Shown here piece by piece: positions 26,011-39,104 of a stretch of 64,000 nucleotides of DNA; within the stretch, counting starts at the first letter, position 1; each line of letters starts with the position of its first letter. The DNA is taken from positions 209,188,001-209,252,000 of the forward strand of contig OX597815.1 in assembly GCA_951406725.2 (NCBI GenBank). Reading direction: 5' to 3'. The translations under genes and the position numbers were made by a program. The notes under the pieces are model-generated. The model searched no databases, was not told the origin of the DNA, and saw only the letters and a program-made list of their open reading frames with translations. This DNA comes from Octopus vulgaris. Lineage: Eukaryota.

Positions 26011-26468
26011 AATTTACTAGCAACCACATACAAAAATGAAAAATTAGTATCTACTTGTGCTGAACCTCAAGTGAATGAATATGATACACTGTTTGTAAAC
26101 CATGATTCTCCTTGTTCTTTAATCCCTATCTGGTGATCAGTGGGGTGGAGGCTCTCATCTCAACCAATACACTGTTGTGGGTGCTGCTCGATGACAGACT
26201 CTGGTGATAATATTATTTCATGCTTTCTGATTCACGATGCTGGCTTTTGTATGCCAGACCTTAGCATATAGTAATCTACAACTACATGGGTGATGCAGAT
26301 CAGATGAAACAGATGAGTAATTTATACTTGTGGTTCTTATTTTATTGACCTCTGAAGAATGAAAGACAGAGTAGACCTGAATTCAAGTTCACAATATAAA
26401 GGGATATAACCTCATGAATCCTATTAGGTATTTTGTTTGTTGCTTCACCAGTTCTAAAGTTCTTTTTT

Positions 26469-26684
26469 GGGATCTTTTCACCTCAATAGACGTCATTGAT
26501 TGGTTCAAATTGCCAAAATACAAGAAATCTAACAACAAATAGCTTACAAACTACAGAATTTTCTCAAGAACGCCAAGAGAAAAAGATGTTTTATGTGACA
26601 CATTCTACCAGTGTCCGAAATTTGAAAGTGTTTAGTTACAAAGAAATCATTTTTTAAATCTGCCAGTCAAAGTGAAAAGATCCC
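26469..26684. mobile_element. MITE with 13-bp TIRs, superfamily uncertain
   Basis: GGGATCTTTTCAC ... GTGAAAAGATCCC between T runs. Confidence 0.7.
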
Positions 26685-27034
26685 TTTTTTTGTAAGAGGT
26701 AAAGGTTCTGAGTTCAAACTATTCTAGAGATTACATTCAAGCTGAACTGGAGCACCCAGTATCAACTGGAGAATGAGTTAATTGCAAAAACATGAAACTG
26801 AAGAAACAGGAAATCAATACTTATTAAAATTTAAATGTTAAAATTAGAATTTAAATTTTAATAATAATTGCAGAAAGAAATTTTCTACACATATTCATAT
26901 TAAAATTCAAATAAGTTAAAAATTTGTAACAAAATTCCTCCCCTGGTTATTAAAGCCATGCAGCTCATGGCGACAATTTCACTGCAACCATCTAAAGTAA
27001 ATTTAGTAATGTGTTTACTTCATTGAAAGTAGTA

Positions 27035-27290
27035 GTTGTCCACATGTAGATACAAAATTTAAGAGAAAAGCATTGCTCTCAAGAAAATAATATCTTCCGG
27101 CTTGCATTTTCTTTATGTAAAAGTTATAAGAATAACATGAGCCAATGAGAGAGAGAGAGAGAGAGAGAAGAGTTGTTCACATATATGCAAAATTTAAGAG
27201 AAGCACTGTTCTCAAGGAAATATATTTCAGCCTTCATTTCCTCCATGTAGAAATTATGAGAATAAATTGAGCCAGTGAGAGAGAGAGTAA
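27035..27290 (+). repeat. Diverged two-copy tandem duplication (unit about 120-135 bp) ending in (GA)n
   Basis: caaaatttaagagaa..ctcaag..agaataa..tgagcca.tgagagag occurs twice. Confidence 0.8.
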
Positions 27291-27560
27291 CTGAAAGCCT
27301 CTATGTGATCACTTGACTGCTGCTAGAAATAGTAGACAAATGCTCTCAAATCGCACCTAACTGTCTTATAAGTAGAATGGCACTTGGCCAATCTACTCGC
27401 TAATATACAAAAAGATGGAATGGCCACTGCTGGAATGCCTCTAATCGTAGATTTACTTAATAAACACCAGCCTTAAGTTAAAGAACAACCAGAGTAAAGC
27501 AAATAATAATTCTAAGTGTGCCTGCGGAGTAGTTAATGGATAATCAATAATGAATAATAA

Positions 27561-27900
27561 CATTTGTGTTCTGCATGTTCAGTTCACAAAATCACACGTA
27601 ATTGAGTATATTTTTTCATTCTGTTTATTTAACTGAGAACTTAATATATACATTTTTTCAGCAGTTGAATAAATAACAGCATTTGAGTATTAATGAATTA
27701 AAGAACATTCGGTTAATGCAAATATATGCTGACATGGAATATGAAGACAGCTTATAATTAGTAATAGCCAGTTAAGTTATGCAAGGAGAAGAGTTGAGAG
27801 AGGTGGGAAAAGCAATATATCGTATAGAAACCTAGGATAGCTCTGCCTAAAGATGAATTCGACTTTTTTATACTGTCGGCCCAAAAGTTCTAGAATCTAC
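27561..27900 (+). repeat. Diverged duplicate of 33282-33645
   Basis: Gap-free alignment of 27575-27757 with 33296-33478 gives 34 mismatches in 183 by hand count; similarity continues to caaaagttctagaat. Confidence 0.85.
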
Positions 27901-28257
27901 TATAGACCGTTTGGCCGGAAGATTTCAGCTTATCAAATGATCCAATTGGCTGAGCTATAATTATGTGAACCAAGTCATTTATGGTAGATCTAAGCCCAAA
28001 GCTAGGAAATATGAAGGCAATTGTTCAAAACACACTGTCACCTTGCTGTTATAGCCTTTTAGCAGTGAGTTTGTAATTGTACAAATGAAACAAAAATATA
28101 TTTACAAGTAGAAAATTTGGGGGATTAAAATAACATACAAATATTATATAAGATTTTCATAAACCATGAAATAAAGGTTCACAAGGCTTAAAACAGTCCA
28201 ACAAATGCCCGACCATCATAATGCAAAAATTTAACATTTTACATATGCATTTTTACT

Positions 28258-28793
28258 TAGGACAAGTGAGACCATAACCCGGGTTGTGCCAGTCCACTTA
28301 TGCATACCTTTCCTTCTGGGGACACAAAACTCTACTTGTGAAGACCTGTTGAGGCAAGTGAGAATCGAAATCGATCAACATCAATGGAAATTGCAGCTGT
28401 GATACCAGTGCCGGTGGCACGTAAGAGAACCATCCGAACGTGGCCGTTGCCAGCGCCACCCCGACTGGCCTCGTGCCGGTGGCACGTAAAAAGCACCATC
28501 CGTTCATGGCCATTGCCAGCCTAGCCTGGCCCCCGTGCCGGTGGCACATAAAAAGCACCATCCGATCGTGGCCGTTTGCCAGCCTCGTCTGGCACCTGTG
28601 CCGGTGGCACGTAAAAAGGAAAAAACTACACTCACGGAGTGGTTGGCGTTAGGAAGGGCATCCAGCCATAGAAACACTGCCAGATCAGACTGGGCCTGGT
28701 GCAGCCTTCCAGCTTCACAGACCCCAGTTGAACCGTCCAACCCATGCTAGCATGGAAAGCGGACGCTAAACGATGATGATGATGATGATGATG
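28258..28793 (+). mobile_element. RTE 3' UTR (family C)
   Basis: Repeated gtgccggtggcacgtaaaa units, (GAT)n tail. Confidence 0.85.
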
Positions 28794-28937
28794 AAGCAGT
28801 GCACTATCCTATCACTTTTAGTTGTGATTTTTTAACAGTAGTATTGGGTGTTCACGGTATCAATGTAAACAGAAGTGATTTTGTCATTATTTGTGAAAAT
28901 ATCATTATATTAGTATCAGGTCATGGGCTTTTAATTT

Positions 28938-29084
28938 TGATATGAGATCACCATGTCGCGCACATGTGGTTGTGATGCATGTGCCTGGTGTACTCTTATC
29001 AGATGGGTAGTCATGATGGGTATACTGGGCTTCGTATATTTGTACCCTGGTGTCACTTTGATGGCATGCACTGCTCTCTCACTC
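28938..29084 (+). mobile_element. Family E, 3' fragment
   Basis: Ends ctctcactc(aat)n like 10882. Confidence 0.85.
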
Positions 29085-29126
<42 letters not shown>

Positions 29127-29127
29127 A

Positions 29128-30144
29128 AAACTGTTTTCAGTTTTTAAGGAAGCTGACAAATACAAACAAGAAGTCATACTAATTAACAACTATGAAGAAG
29201 AAGAAGAAACAACAAAAGCTGTAAAACAAATGAAATCCAAACTCAAACTAGAACAGCAATGGACCATGATAAAACGATGGCAAGAAAAACCCCTTCATGG
29301 CAAATACTGGTCTAAACTAAACACAAAAGAAATAGACAAAGCAAAATCCCAGCAATGGCTGAGAAGCTCAGGACTCAAAGAAGAGAGTGAAGGATTTTTA
29401 ATTGCAGCACAAGACCAAAGCCTCCCCACCAGAAATTACCAAAAACATGTAATGAAAAGAAACATAACAAGTAACTGCAGAATATGTGGAGATGGACAAG
29501 AAGCAATCAATCATATTGTCTCTGGTTACCCAGTCTTAGATATGAAGGAATATATTCACAGACACAACGGAGTTGGGACTTAAATACACTAGAAGCTATG
29601 CCAAGACTATGGAATACCAACAGAAAAAAGATGGTATAAGCATACGCCAGAAAAGGTCACAGAAAACAAGAAAGAAAGCAATCATACTATGGGATTTGCC
29701 GATACACACAGATAGAGAAATTAAGGCCAACAGGCCCGATATAGTTGTCAGAGATCATGAAGAAAAAAATGCTTTCTAATTGATGTATCAATACCAGCAG
29801 ATGACGTGTCTCTAAAAGAAATGGAGAAACTTTCAAAATAGAAAGACCTGGAAATAGAGGTAACTCGAATGTGGAGTCTAAAAACAGAAACAATTTCTAT
29901 CATAGTGGGCGCATTAGGTATGATAAAAAAAATATTCAGACAAAGACATAATGAAAACACCAGGACTAACAAATATATATAACAGGCAGAAAATAGCACT
30001 ACTAGGCACTACACGCATCCTATGTAAAACACTTTCAATACTGTAACCATAACAGCATCACAGCAAACCATAGCATATACCCAAGGCATACAGAGCTGCG
30101 CTTGGTAGTGCAGTGAAAGCACGTTATAAAAATAAAACTTCTGC

Positions 30145-30145
<1 letters not shown>
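29128..30145 (+). mobile_element. 5'-truncated R4/Dong-like non-LTR retrotransposon
   Basis: LHG..W, EGFLIAAQDQ, CRIC...HI zinc knuckle, RPDIVV..ID..KE..K RLE motifs; stops and frameshifts; (AAT)n on both sides. Confidence 0.9.
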
Positions 30146-30189
<44 letters not shown>

Positions 30190-30246
30190 TCAGCAAAATA
30201 ATACCTTAGGAATGAGAACCCAGGGTTGGGTTCAAAATTCTACCAG

Positions 30247-30292
30247 GACACCTGATGAAGGCTGGAGAGTAAATCAGCCGAAATGTTGTGGT
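30247..30292 (+). ncRNA. Minimal type-I hammerhead ribozyme-like motif (slightly degenerate), Penelope-like
   Basis: CTGATGA 30252-30258, stem II ggctg/cagcc, GAAA 30280-30283, short stem I cac/gtg. Confidence 0.6.
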
Positions 30293-30460
30293 AACAACAA
30301 ACAAGATGAGGACACATATCCGTCCAATGTAAATAATAACAAAGTTTGCCAGGAATCTTTTAATGCATTGTTGTAAAGCAATTTCTACATTAGAAACATT
30401 CACCTGTTGAGAAAAGGGAATGCCTCTTGTATCAGTGAGTTGAGAATAATTTTTCATTAA

Positions 30461-30649
30461 CCCTTTACGTTTTGTTTTCATTCATTTTGAAAATAATGAA
30501 AAGTTTTGTAAAAAAAAAAAGTGTTATGATTAAGTTGGTGCTTGGAACATAAATTAATCTGAAATTTTAATGGAAAATTTTTTATTAAGGTTGCTTTTAA
30601 ATGTGTTAAAAAGCCAGAAGTGGTTTCAGGCAGCTTTGTCTGAAAAGGG
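30461..30649. mobile_element. piggyBac-type MITE
   Basis: TTAA|CCCTTT ... AAAGGG|TTAA; internally related to 15197-15417. Confidence 0.75.
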
Positions 30650-31279
30650 TTAAACTTGTTAAACAACCATAATTCTTCCAGTATTAAAAGAATGTTCTCA
30701 ACTTTTTTTTTTCTGATTACAAAACAATTCAGTTCAAGAGTAAGTTATATAAGGTCTGTAGAAATTCCCTGAGCCAAGAAATACACACAATTTTCATAAT
30801 GAAGTAGAAATTGGAAACTCACAACTGTTGATGATTATTGATACAAGCAAGCACAAAATTCAAACAGTGAGTCACTTCATGAATAAATCTTTGGAAGAAA
30901 ATCACAAAAGTCCAGGACCCAAAAGGCAATCTAATGAATTTATATAGCCCAAAGGGTTCATTAATAGCTATCTTATGAATGTCAATGCTTTTGCTAAGAA
31001 CTGGATGTGTGCTTAAATAGCTTTAGTTTAATTGAAAGGTTATCACTGCCTGTGCAGCAAGTGTAGGAATTTCAGATGGAAAGAAAGTGGCAAAAAGTGA
31101 TTTTTTTTTATATATAGGTATAGGTGTGGCTGTGTGGTATAACGTTTATTACCCAACCATATAGTTTTAGGTTCAGTCCCACTACATGGCACTTGGCATG
31201 TCTTCTTCTATAGCACCAGGCTGACCAAAGCTTTGGGAGTGGATTTGGTAGATGGAAAACGAAAGAAATTTATTGTGTA

Positions 31280-31666
31280 CTAGCAGTATCGCTCGGCGTT
31301 GCTCGGGTTTGTAAGGGAAATAACTATATAAGCATTTTTAGAGATGTAAAGTATAATAGCCATCTCAATATGGTTAACCACAAAGGGGGGGTGTTACTGT
31401 AGCTTTTTACGTTCTGAGATTTAATAATACATTTTTAGAGAGTTACTTCCCTTATATAATAGCAAAAAATGCATTAAAAATGGGAAAAGATGATGGTAAA
31501 TTTTTTTTTAAATTGTAGACGCGCGCTAATACCCAGAAGAGCTCAATATGAATCACGATTATAAGATACCCGGTTTTGGTTAAACTGCACCGCAAAATGT
31601 GGGAGTAGTTAGGAATCTAAATCGTTGGAGACAGACAGCACACAACCTCACTTTTATATATAAAGA
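31280..31666 (-). mobile_element. Non-autonomous Helitron
   Basis: Minus strand starts TC, ends with a GC-rich hairpin then CTAG, inserted at A|T with no TSD; near-identical copy at 37450-37845. Confidence 0.85.
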
Positions 31667-31682
31667 TGTACATATATATATT

Positions 31683-31858
31683 CATACATACATACATACA
31701 TACATACATACATACATACATACATACATACATACATACATACATACATACATACATACATACATACATACATACATACATACATACATACAAACATACG
31801 TACATACATACATACATACATACATACATACAAACATACATACATACATACATACATA
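31683..31858. repeat. (CATA)n microsatellite
   Basis: Direct. Confidence 0.97.
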
Positions 31859-31881
31859 TGTGTATGTATGTATGTATGTGA

Positions 31882-32165
31882 AGGCACATGGCACAGGGGT
31901 TAGAGCATCAAGCTTATGATTGTGAGGTTGTGAGTTCGATCCCTGGCACGTTGCTCCAGTTCACTCAGCTGTAGAAATGAGTTCCGACGTCACTGGTGCC
32001 AAGCTGTATCGGCCCCTTTGCATTTCCTTTGGATAACATCGGTGGCATGGAGATGGGAGGCTGATATGCATGGGCGACTGCTGGTCTTCCGTAAAAACAA
32101 CCCTAGGGTGTGAGTTTGCTGGTGAGGCAACTTTCTGTGCACCCATGGTCATTTGTGACCAACGG
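31882..32165 (+). mobile_element. tRNA-derived SINE family G
   Basis: Head tggcacaggggttagagc..gagttcgatccc; body shared with 36580-36890 (-); relatives at about 40690-40990 and 45360-45620 (-). Confidence 0.78.
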
Positions 32166-32455
32166 ATTCAAGTATGAATGTATGTGAGCATGTTTTTGTG
32201 TAGGTATAACTGTATTCTTTCCTTGACATTGTGTGATGGTCATAAGCACTATCATGCAAGTGGTATCCTTCATTTCCAATCTTCCAGTGTATATTCTGGT
32301 CATGGGGAAAATATTACCTAACTTGGAAACAGATGAGTCTGTGACAGGAGAGGCATCCAGTAGCAGAAAATCCACCACAACAAATTCCATCCAACCCATG
32401 TTAGCATGGAAAAGTGGACAACAAAATGATGATGATGATGATATATAAACGTATA

Positions 32456-32870
32456 GGCATAGGAGTGACTGTGTGGTAAGTAGCTTGCTTATGAACCACA
32501 TGGTTCCAGGTTCAGTCCCACTGTGTGGCGCCTTGGGTAAGTGTCTTCTACTAGAGCTTCGGGCCGACCAAAGCCTTGTGAGTGGATTTGGTAGACAAAA
32601 ACTGAAAGAAGCCCGTCGTATATATATATATATATATATATATATGTTTGTGTATATGTTTGTATCTGTGTTTGCCCCCCCCCCCCATTATCGCTTGATA
32701 ACCGATGCTGGTGTGTTTACGTCCCCGTAACTTAGTGGTTCGGCAAAAGAGACCGATAGAATAAGTACTAGGCTTACAAAGAATAAGTCCTGGGGTCGAT
32801 TTGCTTGACTAAAGGCGATGCTCTAGCATGGCCACAGTCAAATGACTGAAACATGTAAAAGAGAGTGAGA
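32456..32870 (+). mobile_element. SINE family A
   Basis: Homology to family A. Confidence 0.92.
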
Positions 32871-33281
32871 GTATGTCAGCAATGAAATGACCAGTTGAAA
32901 TCTGGCTAAAATGCTAGTAAGACAAACACCTAACAAAATATAATTTACCACTGTACAAGAAAAATGCTAGAAACAGCAGTCAAAAACAGTTATTTACCAT
33001 GGCTGTATGTTCTGTTATAGGGAAGAACATCAGGTACAGCATTATGTCAATGTTGATATTGGCTCATAGAGATTATTCTTTAGTCACCAGCTGTCATATC
33101 ACCACTTTGATGGTGGAGATATGGGTAGCATGAAGATACCACTTTTTGGTTCTCATTGTAGTGTTACCATTCATGGCTACTTTTTCTTTTTCTTCTTTTT
33201 TTCCCGTTGTGTTGTTTCTGTCAGTGTCATTAACTTTTAGTGTAGCTGTGAAGTAGTTAAAGAATAATCAATGATGAACAT

Positions 33282-33645
33282 CATTTGCGTGTTGCATGTT
33301 CAATTCACAGAATCATGCTAAATTGGGTATAATTTTTCATTCTGTTTATTTAACTAGGAACATAATGTATTCATTTATTCAGCAGTTGAATAAATATGAG
33401 CTTTTGAGAATCAACAAATCACAGAACATTTGGTTAATAAAAATATATGCTGAAGTATACTATGAAGACTGCATGTAATTAATAAATGGGTAATGACCAA
33501 TTAAATTAAACAAGAATTGATGAGAGAGGTGGGAAACTATCACACAGGGAAAAGCAACGTGACCTGTATAAGCCATGGATAGTTTTGTGTCAAGTCGAAT
33601 TAACTTGTTTTTTATTACTGTAAGCACAAAAGTTCTAGAATTTTT
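33282..33645 (+). repeat. Diverged duplicate of 27561-27900; contains a 60-aa ORF at 33296-33478
   Basis: Same alignment as the partner copy. Confidence 0.85.
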
Positions 33646-34709
33646 GCTTGGTTATTACTACAACTGTTGTCCAATGCTGAGAAATACAAATGTCATAATT
33701 CAAAATACAGTCATCTCACTGTAAGTTAACAAAAGTAGACTAGTAGATTGCACCATTACAAAATTTAAGCAAAAACCATAAGAAAATCAAAATAAAGAGA
33801 ATAAATGCCATGCAATAATACAAAATATATATATTGGAAAAAGCAAACTCATTTGCAGTTATAACACTGGAAATATGGAAATACATAACGAACATTTTCC
33901 AAATGGTATCAGTTTCAATTATAGATCATATAGCTTACTGTACTGTCAATATTAATCTCTTTCAAATTCCAATTTCCTCGGATTCCTAATTTTATCCTAA
34001 TATATCAGTACAGTTGGAGCATATTTTATCTTTTCATTTTTACATCTGTTACAGAATAATCCATCTTAATTTAAAACAGCTGCTTTTTTGATCCAATTTT
34101 ATTTTTTTCCTATGCCATCTCATGACAAGATTTTAGTTCAGTATGCCAAGATTTATTAAGCACATGCTTAAGATAGATTGCTACAGCAGCATCCAGTTAG
34201 TGGACATATATATGTATATATATAAATAACTGAAATGTAGTTGATTTTGTGATGTTTTTTCTTTCTGCTATGTTTCTTTCAAAGGAAACACAACGATAAT
34301 TGACCTTAACAAGTTCTTAAAAGGAGCTTATGATACCTGTGGCTGCAGACAAAATGCTTCCTGATTAATGCAATGAATTTCTGTTCTATGTTCAATGATA
34401 CATTTAGGCTGAAAGGTGGGTTAAATCAGATAATCTTTCTGTCTTGGTTCTGCAGTCTGCAGCTTAGTGCTTCTTTTTTTTTTTCATAGGAAAATTGGTA
34501 ATGATAAGAGATATAAAGTAATATAAAAAAAAGAAAATTACTTAAACTAACCAATGTTATGATGTTGTACCTCTTGCCAAAGAACTAGGGTTTCTATCAT
34601 GCTTTTACCCTTTTTATTTCCAGGTTAACTTTGCTCAAGCAAATCAGATGTAAGCAGATAACCATTCAAACGACAAGATGCAATCCCAGGTACTTTCTAC
34701 CAAATATGC

Positions 34710-34931
34710 CTATTTCTTTACTACCCTCAAGGGGCTAAACACAGAGGGAACAAACAAGAACAGACAAATGGATTAAGTCGATTATATCGACCCCAGTGCA
34801 TAACTGGTACTTATTTAATCGACCCCGAAAGGATGAAAAGCAAAGTCGACCTCGGCGGAACTTGAACTCAGAACATAACGGCAGACGAAACACGGCTATG
34901 CACTTCGCCCGGCGTGCTAACGTTTCTGCCA
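34710..34931 (-). mobile_element. SINE family B
   Basis: Matches 2890-3122. Confidence 0.88.
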
Positions 34932-35334
34932 CAGAGGACCCTACACTTTGTTCACACATTACCATATCATTGTTTTCATATCTATTTTTCCATGCTTGCA
35001 TGGATCAAAAAGGAGTTATTGAGACAAATTTTAAATGTGTGGATCCCTTTCCTGTTTCCAACCTTTATCTGTATCCAAGCAAGGTAATATTTTCCCATGT
35101 GTAGACGTGTATTCAGGGATGACTGGAAATGAAGGACATCGCTTTCATGACTGTGACACGTGGTTACAACAACCACATGAAATCAAGGCAAGGAGATGCT
35201 AATAAACACACACATGTACACACACATATATACATTTCACAAAATTTTGGTTGGCTAGGGGCTGTTCTAGTAGAATATTATAGCCCCTAATACAACTCTA
35301 CAGCTTGTTGGCATGGAAAAGATGTTAAATGAGG

Positions 35335-35967
35335 ATCATCATCATCATCATCATCATCATCATCGTCGTCGTCATCCTTTAACGTCCATTGTCCATGCTG
35401 GCATGGGTTGGACGGTTTGATCAGGGCTGGCAAGCTTGAAGTCTACACAAGGTTCCAGTCTGATTTGGCATGGCTTCTACGGCTGGATGCTCTTCCTAAT
35501 GCCAACCACTATTGGAGTGTAATGGGTGCTTTTACATGTCACTGGCACAAGTGCCAGGTGCGTGACACCAGTATCTGCCATGACTGTGATTTTACTTGGC
35601 TTGATGGGTCTTCTTCTCAGGCACAGCAAAATGCCAAAGGTCTTGGTCATTCGTCATTGCCTCCATTGGGCCCAACATTTGAAAGGTGCTTTTTACATGT
35701 CACCAGCATGGGTGCCAGGTGTGTGACACCAGCATCAGCCATGACTATGATGTCACTTGGCTCGAGCACAGCATATTGCCAAACATCTTGGTCACCAGTC
35801 CTTGCCTCTGTGAGGCCTAAAATTCAGAGATCATGGGACGAGGTGCTTTACCACCTCGTCCCATGTCTTCCTGGGTCTACCTCTGCCACAGGTTCCCTCC
35901 ATAGTTAGAGATCAGCACTTCTTTACACAGATGTCCTAATCCATATGCATCACATGACCATACCAAG
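35335..35967 (-). mobile_element. RTE LINE C-terminus plus 3' UTR
   Basis: Minus-strand WYGHVMHMD..EGTCGRGRPRKTWDEVVKH, then family C UTR and (CAT)n. Confidence 0.85.
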
Positions 35968-36109
35968 ATGATAATAATAATCTTTTCTACTCTAGGCAAG
36001 ATAAACAAATGCACAAACTGACATACATGTGTTTACACACACACATACTCACATGCAGACATACATATAAACATATACATACATATACACTCACACACAT
36101 ATATATATA

Positions 36110-36535
36110 TATATACATATATGTGTATGTATATATATTATACATATATGTGTATATATGTTGGTATATATATACATATATGTGTTTGTATATATATTAT
36201 ACATATATGTGTATATATGTTGGTATATATATACATATATGTGTTTGTATATATATTATACATATATGTGTATATATGTTGGTATATATATACATATATG
36301 TGTTTGTATATATATTATACATATATGTGTATATATGTTGGTATATATATACATATATGTGTATGTATATATATTATACATATATGTGTATATATGTTGG
36401 TATATATATATACATATATGTGTATGTATATATATATTATGCATATATGTGTATATATGTTGGTATATATATATACATATTTGTGTATGTATATATATTA
36501 TACATATATGTGTATATATGTTGGTATATATATGT
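36110..36535. repeat. Minisatellite, 7 units of 59-63 bp built from TA/TG repeats
   Basis: ttgg landmark at 36161, 36220, 36279, 36338, 36397, 36460, 36521. Confidence 0.92.
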
Positions 36536-36579
36536 GGGTGTGTATACACACCCACATACATTTATATAGTCAACTATAT

Positions 36580-36890
36580 AAAGGGTAGAAGCGTAGGACC
36601 CCCTTCGGTCATGAATGGCCATGGGATTGCACCTAGAAAGTTCCCCTCCGAGGCACAAGTCAGAGCAAGACCAGCAGTCACCCATGCATACCAGCCTCTC
36701 CTCACCATGCCACTGATATAATCCAAAGGAAAGGCAAAGGCTGATACAGCTTGGCACCTGTGACATCGCAACTAATTTCTACAAATGAGTGAACTGGACC
36801 AACGTGAAATAAAGTGTCTTGCTCAAGAACACAACGCACAGCCCGGTCCAAAAATTGAACTCACCACCTCATGATTGTGAGCCTGATGTT
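36580..36890 (-). mobile_element. SINE family G
   Basis: CORE-like cttgagcaagacactt on the minus strand; body matches 31882-32165. Confidence 0.78.
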
Positions 36891-36897
36891 AATTTCA

Positions 36898-37437
36898 TAT
36901 CATCATCATCATCGTTTAACGTCCACTTTCCATGCTAGCATGGGTTGAACGATTTGACTGAGGGCTGGTGAACCAGATGGCTTCACCAGGCTTCAATCTT
37001 GATCTGGCAGAGTTTCTACAGCGGGATGCCCTTCTTAATGCCAACCACTCCGAGTGTGTAGTGGGTGCTTTTACATGCCACTGGCATGGGGCCAGTCAGG
37101 CAGTACTGGCAACGACCTCGTGCGAATGTCTTTTTACACATGCCACCGGCACGGGTGCCAGTAAGGCAATGCTGGTAACGATCATGCTCGAATGGTGTCT
37201 TTTACGTGCCACCAGCACAGAGGCCAGATAGCCACTCTGGCAATGATCATGTTCAGATGGTGCTCTTAATACCCTACTAGCATGGGGCTCGAGTGCCAGT
37301 AAGGCGACGCTGGTAATGATCACACTTGAATGGTGCTTTTTAAGTGCCACTGGCATGGAAGCCGGTCAGCTGCTCTGTCAATGATCACACTTGTATTGTG
37401 CTCTTTGCACCCCGCTAGCACAGACACCAGTCATCAA
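36898..37437 (-). mobile_element. RTE 3' UTR (family C) with multiple internal units
   Basis: Family motifs and (CAT)n tail. Confidence 0.82.
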
Positions 37438-37449
37438 ATTTATATATAA

Positions 37450-37845
37450 CTAGCAGTATCGCCCGGCGTTGCTCGGGTTTGTAAGGGAAATAACTATATA
37501 AGCATTTTTAGAGATGTAAAGTATAATAGCCATCTCAATATGGCTAACCACAAAGGGGCGGTGTTACTGTAGCTTTTTACGTTCTGAGATTTAATAATAA
37601 ATTTTTAGAGAGTTACTTCCCTTATATATGCCAAAAATGCATTAAAAATGGGAAAAATTGATGGTAAATTTTTTTTTAAATCGTAGACTCATCGTAGACG
37701 GGTGCTAATACCCTGAAGGGCTCGATATGAATCACGACTATAAGATACCCGGTTTTGGTTAAACTGCACCGCAAAATGTTGGAGTAGTTAGGAATCTAAA
37801 TCGCAGGAGACAGACAGCACACAACCTCTCTTTTATATATAAAGA
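37450..37845 (-). mobile_element. Non-autonomous Helitron
   Basis: TC...cccgagcaacgccggg hairpin...CTAG on the minus strand, A|T target. Confidence 0.87.
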
Positions 37846-38807
37846 TTAACTTCTTTCAGTTTCCATCAACAAAATCCACACATAAATCCTTGGTCAACCT
37901 GGTGGTGTAGAAGACACCCAAGGTACCACACAATAGGACTGAACCAAAAATCACATAGTCAACAAGCATACTTGTTAACCATACCTGCACCATACCTGTT
38001 TAACCATACCTGCACCTAGACCACATACTGTGCCTTGTTTGCATCATACCTTTTTTCTTTGAACAAAGGAATTGATTTGATGAAGATTTGGCTGCTAGTT
38101 ATTATAAGTAAATACCTGCTTAGAAGTTCTTTTATTGGCTCATTATGTTGAAATTATGTTATATGATGCTGGTATTTAATGTTTTACAGAACTTTTAAAA
38201 TGCCATCAAAATAGTTTGTGTTCATCAGCTAATGGTGAGCAAGATGCAACAGTCATAGAGATAAAACAGTCTGATGCTCTCTAGGAAGTCACATGTCTTT
38301 GATCTCATTTCTCTTCCAAACACGTAATTGATGAGCAACGCTGATGATACCAGCATGCAATTTACCAAGAATTTTTTTTGTGTGTGTTTAGCATTAAAAG
38401 TGTTCTATAATTTAAAACTTGAATGAAACGCTTGCATAAGATATAATTTTTATCAACTGATCCTTGTTATAAATTCATTAGGATAGCTGCCAGATATTGA
38501 TGAAATTTCTATCGGACAATTACCATGAATTTGTTGAGGCCAATTGCCAGATTCCTATCAGTTTGCTTTATTCCCTCTCGCTATTGACAATATCTTATGG
38601 AGTGTTTTAGGAGGTATTAGCATCAGCATTTTAGTCAAAATCAACAGCAGTATGGTCACTGAAAACAGCATGAGCTTTCTTCCCAACCACATGGTTCTAG
38701 GTTCAATATCACTTTGTGGAACTTCAGGAAAGTGTCTTCTACTATAGCCACAAGTCGACCAAAGCTTTGTGAGTGGATTAGGTAGATGGAAATTGAATGA
38801 AGTCTGT

Positions 38808-39073
38808 GGTCATGCTGGGGCACTGCCTTGAAGAATTCATAGTCAAATGTATCAATCCCAGCACTTTTTCTTTTTAAGCCTGGTACTTTTTTCTATCGAT
38901 CTCTTTTGCTGAACCATCAAGTTACGGGGACATAAACACACCAATACAAGTAATCAAGTTGTAGAGGTGGAGACAAACACAGACATATACACACACACAC
39001 ACATATATATTTATATATATACATATATATACATATATACACACACATATATATACATATATATACACACACA

Positions 39074-39104
<31 letters not shown>

